Source: Chrysomallon squamiferum
Lineage: Eukaryota > Animalia > Mollusca
NCBI GenBank assembly: GCA_012295275.1
Contig: CM022668.1
Coordinates: forward strand, 11,036,001 to 11,100,000
Direction: 5' to 3'
Length of the DNA stretch: 64,000 bases
Both the position numbers and the translations under genes were made by a program. Shown here piece by piece: positions 52,476-64,000 of the stretch; the first letter of the stretch is position 1; every line of letters begins with the position of its first letter. Below the pieces are notes generated by a model. The model was not told the DNA's origin, did no database searches, and saw nothing but the letters and a program-made list of their open reading frames with translations.

Positions 52476-53079
52476 TGTTTGTGTGTGTGTGCGTGTGTGT
52501 GTGTGTGTGTTTGTGTCTGTGTGTGTGTGTGCAAATATAAATATAGAAAATTAACAGGCAAATATAATTATAGAAAATAAACAGGCTAATATTAATTGCT
52601 AGAAATATCACAAATTCACTAGATGATAAACATCTGTGACTTTATATTAGTATAGAACCTGGACACAAAGAGGAAACTAAAACGTACTACATACCATGCC
52701 CCCCTTTAAAACCATCCGATGTTTCAATGTAACAGTAGTAGTATAAGCTGTAGATGTAAACGTACCTAGATGACAAATGTGAGATTTCGAAAGCTAGTAC
52801 CAGAAAAACACTTGTACACGTCAATACTGATTAATATACACAGTCACTAAAGTAGTAGAATATGTAACATAACGGGGATAATGCATAGTGTGTAACATAT
52901 ATATTTTTCATGTTCACAATTTAAAATGTTATTTGTAACTGGATTTAAAATAGTTCTTAACTTCCTATCTGATTTTAATTTAAAAAAACATACATTAAAG
53001 GGGTCTTACGAAATAAACATCTCTACATAAAATAGTATAATTAATATTTTCAATGCATTTTTGTTTTATCAGTAAAGCT

Positions 53080-53189
<110 letters not shown>

Positions 53190-53503
53190 CAAATATAAAC
53201 ACACACAAACACACAGACACACACATGCACACACAAAGATACACTGAAATAAACATTTGGTTGGAAAAAAAAGAAGATTAGTAATAATAATAATAATAAT
53301 AATAAAAATAAGCTGGACGGACGCATTTCTCTCTGCAGTAAGTGTAAAAGAAATCATTTGAATGTATAGGACACGTGATAAATATCCTTGAAATAAATCC
53401 TTTTTTTTTTTTTACTATTTCACTTATTTTTAGGAGTTGTAAACCTCAGGCATCTTAGGTATATGAAGACATAATATATATTATTTTTTCTCCAGTGTAC
53501 TAG

Positions 53504-53595
53504 GTATATGGTGCAAGGACAGACAACGAGAAAAGTGTCATAATTTTAAAGAACATGCTTTTGATGAATATTCGCATATCTTTTGTTATGTTTAA
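53504..53595 (+). pseudogene. Truncated A/C-type terminal exon, followed by an A-like 3'UTR segment
   Basis: IWCKDRQREKCHNFKEHAFDEYSHIFCYV*; 53773-54000 resembles 14174-14400; a more decayed copy lies at ~61910-61975. Confidence 0.75.
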
Positions 53596-54032
53596 AATTA
53601 TGTATTATTTTCAGTAAATTTTGACTTAGTTGAATAACCTAGCTTAGTGAAACCTCTAAATTACTTACTAAACAGTAAACAAATGAATATTTTATGTTAT
53701 TGTTGTTCTTACTGTTGTTGGTATATTACTGGGTTTTTTTTTGTTAAGAATATTTGTTCTGTATATAGCCATATCTGAAATATGGGTAATGCAGTGTATA
53801 AAGAGCCTGTGTGAGATCTCAAGTAAAAGACACACGCTCTTGAACTAATTTCTGCATTGTTTTCAAAAGAAAGAGCAACTACCAGAAGAAAAACACTACT
53901 ACTACACATACTGTTCATACAACAATTACTACCACTAGTGCTGCTACTAATGCTACTAATGATAATGATTATTATAATAAATAAATACATAAATAAATAA
54001 AAATTCAGACATTAAATGTCAGTTTGACTTCC

Positions 54033-54073
<41 letters not shown>

Positions 54074-54860
54074 GATAAATCGTATCACCGGAATGCCAAA
54101 TATATATATATATATCTGTGTGCGTGCGTGTGGGTGTTTCCTTTTCTGTCTGTATGTGTATGTATGTGTCTATCTATCTATCTATCTCTCTATCTATATC
54201 TATTATGAATCTATCTATCTGTCTATATGTATATTATGTATCTATCTATCTACCTATCTATCTATCTCTATATATTATGTATCTATCTATCTATCTATAT
54301 GTATGTATATTATGTATGTATGTATGTATGTATGTATGTATGTATGTATGTATGTATGTATGTGTGTATTTATGTATGTATGTATGTATGTGTGTATGTA
54401 TGTATGTATGCATGTACCTAAGTACGTGGGTGTGTGTTAAACGTGTAAATAAACATTTTTGTGTTTAACAAAAAAGTTATTCATTTCTTTGTAATCATTC
54501 AAAAGGATTCAAATACTGTCTTGTTTCTGAAAACGTATCTTGATACTTACTCTGTGGAAGATCTGTCAAAGGTACCCATAATGTTATTGTCTGATCCGAG
54601 CAGACAACATCTGTTAATTCGTATTCAAATCAAACATATTAATAATATAATAATATAAAAACATGTAAATTATGTATATACATTATTTGTGCATGTGCAG
54701 AATAAGTCAGGTGTCATTTCTTCTTCATATTTCGTGTAATTCATGGACAGTGTTCGGTATTTGGCCTGAAGAAACATTATTTTAAAATCATAAAAACATT
54801 TGCAGCTATGTAATTAAATGTGTGTCTTTATATATATCTATCTGTCTATCAATCAATCAG

Positions 54861-54891
<31 letters not shown>

Positions 54892-56720
54892 ATCTATGTA
54901 TCTATCTGCCTATCTATCAACCTATCTATCTATCTGGCTGTCTATCTATCTATCTATCTATTTATCTGTATATATATATATACACACACACACATACACA
55001 CAGAATATAGATTTTGATTTCTATCTGAAAATAACAACATCAACAACAATAGCAATAAAAAATAATAGCAATAGTAATGATAATGACTATAATGTTTACA
55101 ATAACAATAATGATGATTGTGATTATGATAAATAAATAAATAAACAAATATAGATATACATATACATATACAAATATATATCTATCTATATATATATATA
55201 TAAATACATACATACATAAATACATACATACATACATACATATACATACATACATACATATCTTTAGTGCATTAGCATGGATTGTCACTTCATAATCGTT
55301 CTATCTGAAATAATATAAGCACTGGGTTGAGGTGATTCATAGTTAAAGATGTAATATAATAAAGTGTTCTGTTAGTTAGTTCTGGAAGTGGTAATATACT
55401 AGTACAGCATCATAATTGTCTTAAATTTTACATAAATCTGTTCCAGAAAGGTGTGAGACTGTCGCTGGGAATCCCTACGTAATAATTTATTTTTCATCGG
55501 AAAATGCAGCTGGTTGTTGGAGGGCGGATAATAAAACACATTTTTCATCACACGATTACTTTTATTAAACCAGACAATTTTGTAGAACTGTTTTAGAGCA
55601 TGATTAAAATAAAGGAAAGAGTTTTAAAATGTTTTATAGATCGCATATCTGAAACAAACTGGAACATAACAGGAACACATACTCAGAATATTTAAATATT
55701 TATGAGATGCCATTGTGTACTTCCTTTGAAAGTTTTCCTTCCCTGGCGACGGTACGTGCAATACTAATAGAATTAATCTTATAATGCAATAATATGGTTA
55801 TTATTTTGGACAAATCTAGATGAAACTGATTAGAATAAATGATTAAAGCTATTTTAAGAATGTTAATAAATATAAAATTATTCTGACATTCTTATAAATC
55901 AGACTTGAAAGAAGCAGCTTTCACAAACTGAGCAAATCACATCTTTGGAAAATAAAAAATAACTGCCTGGTAAAATGTATCAAGTTTAGCACTGCCAACT
56001 GCATCACATCCTGGAAACCAAAACTGGACAATGGAAAGATCTGCACAATAGTCTAACACGTCAGGCTCAAGAAAACCAAAGGCAAGTCAGACTTCAATAA
56101 GATCAACATCCTATTGGAATCCCCTGCGGAACAACAGAACCAACAGCAGCTAAAGGAGACTACCTGGATAACTACAAGAACTCTCCATTAGAAGCAGTAT
56201 GGCACAAGAACTGATCTACAGAGTACTGAACCTTTCGCTACTGGCCTTCGTGTGCAGCAAAAAGCGAACGAAAAAAAAAATCAAAAATCAAATGGAAGTA
56301 TATATATATCTGATTATCAGTATAGTAAAAAAAATGCAAACAAAGAAGAGACTGAAATACAGTCAAAACAAACGAAAAACATAATAACAACTATGAAACC
56401 AAAACGAATATCGAATTTATTTTTATTTTTACGATATTTCAACGATTAACGATTTTCAGTTGCTTCAGCAGAAATGTAAAACATTTCTGAGATGGCCACA
56501 TCTGAAACAACAACACAGTGAAAAATGTGACATCAGTAAAATAGAGAGAAAAAAACAAAATATTTCAAACCAAGAGAATTTTATATTTTCAGTTGTTAAT
56601 GCAAAAATTAGCACGTGATAAAAATTAAAAGTGATAAAAATGTAATTATCTTTCTCCTATGACATATGTTGTGTACATAATATAATAATTTTATATTTTA
56701 TGTAAAGTAATAAATATCTG

Positions 56721-56876
56721 TCAAAAACAGACATGTAGACATTCATTGTTCTGACGTTGATCACAAAATATGTGTAAGGCCTCTAAAGAAGCATGTCTGC
56801 ACAAATATTCACTTAAATGCTCATTTCTGTTCAGACATGGTCCTTTCACTAGGAAAATAATAATAATAATAATAAT

Positions 56877-56912
<36 letters not shown>

Positions 56913-59833
56913 CATAATCATAATAATATAGTAGCAGTATGAAACATTTAAATAATGCTTTATTTTTTCTTATTTTTTCAATTTTTTTTTCCTCTTTTTA
57001 ATTTTAATTTTAATTTAATTTTATTTTTCGTTTATTTTTTTTTTAATTATTATTTATATTTCTGTGGTAGGAGAGAAGTGATTACTACTTCTACTTCTAC
57101 TGCAGAGACTACTTTCTATTTTATTTTATTAATTTATTTATTAAAATAACTATTTTTGAAACGACAGATTTAATGTCAAATCTCAGCTACTGACGTATCT
57201 GTTCTAAATATCAAATAACATGAAAGAAAAGATAAAACTTTCCTCTGAAAGATTTTAAAATTATTTTCGTATTCATTGATTTTTATTTTAAAAAGTCAGA
57301 GAATCCCTGCTCTTTTGTCACGCTGAGTTTATCAGACGATGAAAAGACACGTGTTTGTGTCCTGTCATTGAAATACAAATAATACTTTCTCTTTCGTCTG
57401 ATTAATTTATTTATTAAAAATATATTTTGTTTCAGTTGGACTCTATTATAAAGTAAAAATAAAAATAATAATAATAATTTAGTTTAGTTTACTTTAGTTT
57501 TTCCTTTAGTTTTTTTCCATTATAGACTTGCATGTTTGTTTCGTCCGTATAGGTGAGTTTTGTCGTCATTACTGATGTTGTGGCTGTTTTTCTATTTTGA
57601 TTACCTTTTTCAAAGAAATGTTTACGTACGTTCGCAAATGTACTATTACCTTCATTATCACTTAAAACACTAAGATTAACGAAATGTGCCGTAATGCAGT
57701 TTTTGTCACAACAATATCAGAATTATTAAACTAATAAATCACGTGAATGAACTCTACGATAAGTAAATGGCAACTATTATTACTGAATGCAATATAAATA
57801 ACATTGCTTGAACATAATAATATATAGTGATAATAACTTTTATTTCCACATTTTCATTTTGTATTTGTTTATTTCATTTTGAGAAAGACGTCATTACTAT
57901 TATCATAAACGTGTCCTACAACTACTACTACTATAATTTTCTATTTCGTAGTTTAATTTGTTTACTAAAAGAAATATTTTCACTAGTAGAGATTTAATGT
58001 CAAATCTTCAGCGAATGACACAGATAATTTTACATTTGTTCGTTTCAATCCTGAAAAATAAATTAAACACAGAGAACAGCTGTTCTGTCATACTGAGTTT
58101 CAACTCTGATAACACAATAATTTTCTTTAGACACGAACTTTTGACATTTATTCTTGTGAGATAAACGAAAGCCAGCTGTTAATATAAATTGACTTTAACA
58201 ATATTTGTTTTTCTTTTGTTTTTCTTCAGTGATGGTAATTGCTTTTAGAATCTAGTGATCTGCTGAAATCGGTGAGAATGAGATTGGAAAATAAATCAAA
58301 CACTGCGCACAGCTGTTCTGTCACCTTGAGTTTAAACTGTTGTAAGAGTGCTTTTGTTTAGACACCAAAATTGAATATTTATTCTATTAACATAAACTGA
58401 TTTTGACAATATTTATTTCATCTCATTGCTCTTTGTTAGTTAATTAATTGGTTTTAGTAACTAGAGGTATGCTTAATCCAATGAGGCTGACGTTTGATGA
58501 TAGACAGGATGTTCGGAGAACCTAATCTGAAAATGGAGTTTGCTGTTGGAGGACAAATATTAATACCCATTTTCATCACTGACATGAATGAAATCAAACA
58601 ATAACTTTTATTAAACCATATACTTTTTGAAAACACTTTCAGGAAGAATTATAACACTGAAATAGATATATAAGAAGATAGACAGATAGATAGTTTGATG
58701 AATGGGTATAAAAATAAAATACATATATACATGTATGCATATATAGATAGAGGATAGATTGTTAGGTATGTAGATAGGTATTTATTTCTTTAGGTTTTTT
58801 TACTTTATATACGTTTTTGTATTATTCGTAGCTTAAAAGGAAAACATAACGTCGACAAAGACAGACATACAGACACCTGATAGTTAGAGAGGTATGCTTT
58901 GTCAATTAGTGCTTGTAGATGTGTTTGTTTCGTATGGAACTGCTGAAAGATTACACAATATGCTAGTACACTGATTCACAAAGTGGTTAGCATCCACAAT
59001 ACTGAAAAGCAAGTGCATTTTACACATCACAAGAAAACTTTATTTTATCTGTGATTAAAATATTAGTAAGATGCAGACAGAACAAACAACCATATTATTA
59101 TTTATTTATTTGTCATCATCATCATCATTAGTAGTAACAATAGTGTTACAACTACTACTAGAGTGTGTGTGTGTGTGTGTTTATGTATGTGTGTGTTTGC
59201 CTTTGTGTTACAAGACATGCGTATAATTACCTAAAATATTTCTAAATTCTGATGTACTCAGGAAACCGGCTGCAAGAAGATCATTCTGTGACTGCAGCTG
59301 ATGGATAATTTGAGGAGGGAGGCGAGCCGTAAATGGAAAACAAGTTTGCAGTCAGCACTGGAATTCTTTCTAATCGGAACTAATTTAAGACCAACAGTCA
59401 TTTAAGTTGTATTCTTTTCTCCTAACAAGCAAATAAGCATGTTTTTAATCGCACACTTTGCTCTTCATATGGACCCTTGGTTGTATGGGAGCCCAGGTTT
59501 CTTATGGGCTATCTCCAACTAAACCCACGTTACTTTCACTTCAGTGATTATACGTACAATCTGAACAATCCAGGAATAATATATAATTATTTCCTGGTAA
59601 TATATATTTGATGTAACGTATATACACATAAATATTTAGGTACATACATACATACATACATACATCCCTAGTATGAAATACATTCGTCCATGCAACATTC
59701 TGAGAGGATATACAAATTTATCTAAAATACACGTTGCAGGTTTTCGAACACCAGTACGACCATAATAAACGATGTGTCGTACATTTATTTCTTATTATTT
59801 CTTTCACGTAATTATCAACTTGTTTGTTACATC
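56721..59833 (-). pseudogene. 3' remnant F: ShKT-like exon (59833-59722, both splice sites mutated) and intact-looking terminal exon (56848-56721)
   Basis: KGPCLNRNEHLSEYLCRHASLEALHIFCDQRQNNECLHVCF*; ShKT exon near-identical to 51392-51503. Confidence 0.8.
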
Positions 59834-60060
59834 GTGTTAGATATTATATAGCAGTTTGTGTGACAGTGTGTCTTGTGTCTACATCGATTTCTGGTATCAG
59901 TTATCTCTGAGCTAACTATACTATAAAGTTATTTGCAAATAAATACTTGAGAATTGCATGGATAAAACATTATTTGGTTGTTGTTGTTTTTTTGCATTAT
60001 CGTGTTATGTACTAATACTACTAATAATAATAATAATACTAATACTACTACTACTACTAA

Positions 60061-60092
<32 letters not shown>

Positions 60093-60775
60093 CTAATAAT
60101 AATAATGATTAACAAAATGTCTGTGTAGAAAAGAGATGACGTCAACTAAAGAATAATTAACAGACCATCACAGATTATCAGAAATGTTTTATCTTTGACT
60201 TAATTAACAAAATAACAACAACAATAATAAATAAATGAAAAAGTAGTAAATAAATAAATAAATAAATTTAACCAGAAAAAGAATAAAGAAATCAGTGTAC
60301 ACGTTTACAGTAAATTACTTTACGGTTCAGATCCCTTATCAACGATGATTGCACAGGCTGACATGTTAGTCATTCGATTTTTCAGTGCATACACTGATCT
60401 TCCTGTCATTCACAGACCAATGGGAACCGATACTAAGACTACAATTTGAAAGCTTAGATTTGGATTTCATACTAGACTATAAATTTATATTCTAAAACTA
60501 GAAAACGTTCGGATTAAGGGTCCCGAATGTTTATAACATATTTTAAGCCTGGAAAAGTAGACGCTTGTAAAAAATAAGAAAAGAATGAAATATAGAAACA
60601 AAGTAGGTTAAAAATGAACAAAATTACATGACAAAACAACAATTTATTATCTCAATGATTCACAAAAATGTTAAATCTCCGAATGGATATTTATCACAAT
60701 AAAGATGGACGGATTCCAAACCCATTATTTACAAAGCAAATATTAAAATATACGTGTGTTTGTGTCTGTGTGTGT

Positions 60776-60835
<60 letters not shown>

Positions 60836-61469
60836 CTATTATTCACCCTAATCGGGCCTGTATTTAAATGTCTAATTAAAGAAGATCGTATACTAAAAAT
60901 ACATTTATTTATTAATTAAAGAAAAATTCGATATAAAATCTGTTTCGATATGATGTTAAATATATGTTGTTTCTTACCCATGAGTAAAAATGAAGAGGGA
61001 AATATAATTACAGAAAATAAATAGGCTAATATTAATTTCTAGAGATATCACAAATACACTAGCTAATAAAAATCTGCGACTCTATATTAAAAACTAAAAC
61101 GTAATAAATACCATGCCTCCCTTTAAAACGATCTGAAGGTTCTCTGTAACAGTAGTAGTATAAACTGTAGATTTAAACGTACCTAGATGACAAATGTGGG
61201 ATTTCGATAGCTAGTACCAGAAAGACATGTGTACACGTTAATACTGAATAATATACATAATATACTGATGGGGATATTGCATGGTGTGTAACATGTATAT
61301 TTTTCCTGTTCACAATTTAAAATGTTATTTATAATTGGATTTAGAATATTTCTAAACTTCCTATATCATTTTAATAATAACATACATTAAAGGACTCTTA
61401 CGAAATGAATATTTCTCTATAAAATCGTAAAACTAATATTTTCAATGCATTTTGGTTGTATCAGTAAAG

Positions 61470-61601
<132 letters not shown>

Positions 61602-61660
61602 AAAATATAAATACTCACATACATATACACTGAAATGCACATGCTTATTTCTAAAACACT

Positions 61661-61714
<54 letters not shown>

Positions 61715-62778
61715 GTAGTAGTAATAATAGTATTAATAATATTAAGCTGGACGGAAGCATTTCTCCCCGTAGTAAGTGTAAAAGAAATCATTTGAATGTA
61801 TAGGACATGTGATAAATATCCCTGGAATAAATCCTATTTTCTATTATTTCACTAATATTTAGGAGTTGTAAACCTCAGACATCTTAGCTATATGCAGACA
61901 TAAAATCTAGGACAGACAACGAGAAAAGTGTCATAGAACATGCTTTTGATGAATCTACACGTATTTTTTGTTATAGTTCAAATTATACATCATTTTCAGT
62001 AACTTAGCTTAGTTATTTTACTCTAAATTACTTACTAAAAAGTAAACAAATGTTGTCGTCACTGTTCTTGGTATATTACATTTTTTTATTTTTGTTAAGA
62101 ATATTTGTTCTGTATATAGCCATATCTGAAATATGGGTAATGCAGTGTATAAAGAGCCTGTGTGAGATCTCAAGTAAAACACATACGCTCTTGAACTAAT
62201 TTCTGTATTGTTTTCGTGTAATATTTTTCGTGTAATTCATGGACAGTGTTCGGTATTTGGCCTGAAGAAACATTGTTTTAAAATCAAAAACAAAATGTGC
62301 AGCTATGTAATAAAATTTCTTCTATAGCCATTTTTGTTATTTTCGTTAAGAAAATTTGATCGAAATGTTTACTGTTAACTGAAAAACACAGATGGCCAAA
62401 ATTCTGCAAGGCAACCACTCCGAAACTTAAGTCATAACAGTAACCAGAATCTGTTCATATGCAAACTCCGTATAGCTTCATACACTCAGAACCTCTGTAT
62501 GACGTCATTACTACGTTATGCGTATCCATATTCTTAGTAATAACAACGATAATGTAGTTGCATTACGTGATAAATACATAATAATGGTAAACATAATATA
62601 AAATACTAAAATATAAATAAATTACAGCATGCACTGCGAGAACACCTACTCAGTCGTTCTAGAAATCTGATTCGATCAGAGACAAGAGTCGTCCCCCTTG
62701 TGTAAGACTCCATAAAACTGGCGACTGATAAAACTGTTTTGTAAAGTGCCAATTCACCTAGACTGTATCGATCTTATT

Positions 62779-62828
<50 letters not shown>

Positions 62829-62842
62829 ATTATCTATCTATC

Positions 62843-62873
<31 letters not shown>

Positions 62874-63099
62874 GTCTATATATATATATATATATATATA
62901 TAGAATATAGATTTTGATTTCTATCTGAAAATAACAATAACAACAACAACAATAAATACAATAACAATAAAATAGTAGCAAGGGCCTCCTGTTAGGAAAG
63001 ATGGGGGAAAAAAAGAAAAGAAAAAAAGAAAAAGAAAAGTAAAAACAAAATAATTAAAAAAAAAGATATATAAGATAAAGGTACAAGTGGACCAAGTCT

Positions 63100-64000
63100 T
63101 ATCTCATAACCGAAAGGCAGATGGCTAACATAGCATGAAAGTTATGTTGCGCCTTGCAGTATCCCCTGTTCAATTTCACATATAAAGATCTGCACAACAG
63201 TCGAACCCGTCATCCCTGGCGACGAACATAGCAAACCAAAAAATCGAGATCTGACACTACCTATGATTGATGAAAAGTCCCCATAGACATCATGGCACAA
63301 GCATATACTAATGGATCAGCGACAAATGCAGTGTAAAACGGAATATACATCATAGACACTAGTGGCTACCGAGAGGTGGCACATCTTCGTGTAGAGAGAA
63401 CTATTGCACAGAGTATGCTGCAGATGTTGAGACTTTCATTTACGCTGCCAACGTCGTCAGATCCAGGGAGAATTGCTCACACATGTCATCGTTGTCATCC
63501 AGGCTGTTGAAAACAAAAGCTAGACAGACTTTCAAAACGGCTGCACCTATCAGTAGTTTGAACTAAGTCGTGTTACAATAAAGCCGACCTCACAGTGGTA
63601 TAGCTGGAAATGAGAATGAAGACAGACCTGCAAAACCAGTTGCAGGTAATGAACAGCAGGATAACTGTGTGGCAGATGGACAGAAGATATCCCCTGTTCA
63701 TTTTCCCTGTAGACCTGGCAAACACACCGATGACTAGCACATGCTATCCCGTCGTTAACAAGTCAACTATTTTCCAAATAAACACAACAGGCTCAACCAA
63801 CATGTGCAAAAGAGGATCCAGCTGATATCCTCTTCCGTGTGCCCTAGCTGATATCCAGAATAAGCGATTGTGCATGTCATCCGAAACTGCATAAACCTAC
63901 AGCAGCTAAGGGAGACTTCTGGGTAACTACAACAACTCTCCATTAGAAGTAGTATGGTACAAGAACGGATCTACACAATACAGTACAGTATCGTTCGTAT
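63100..64000 (+). mobile_element. Decayed LINE remnant with RNase H domain (same family as 42340-43140)
   Basis: QAYTNGSATNAV (YTDGS motif), NYCTEYAADVETFIYAA (N-Y-x-A-E motif), HSGIAGNENEDRPAK; 63545-64000 near-identical to 42650-43105. Confidence 0.78.

Overview
AT-rich, microsatellite-dense eukaryotic genomic DNA (animal, probably a lophotrochozoan such as a mollusc; the taxon is inferred, not shown). The window holds a tandem/inverted cluster of a multi-exon gene family that the ORF track mostly misses. The shared architecture is signal peptide - PAN/apple-like 6-Cys domain - variable number of short EGF-like repeats - ShKT-like domain - His/Cys-rich C-terminal domain, with every coding intron in phase 1. 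By manual splice reconstruction: gene A (+, 9526-13831, ~470 aa, 9 EGF) and gene C (-, 32773-26885, ~438 aa, 8 EGF) look intact. Gene D (-, 47683-43619, 3 EGF) has a single 1-nt frameshift in a T-run. Gene B (+, 20757-24801, 3 EGF) is a pseudogene with three stops and a dead donor. Many orphan exons and 3' remnants are also present, including a ~8.3-8.5 kb-offset segmental duplication. The paralogues are mosaics of one another and their PAN domains differ in clustered, Tyr-rich patches. Also present: a decayed Tc1-like (DD34E) transposon, RNase H-bearing LINE remnants, a 10x54-bp minisatellite made from an exon/GC-donor junction, and a 200-N gap. All protein-family calls are by eye; no database search was run.
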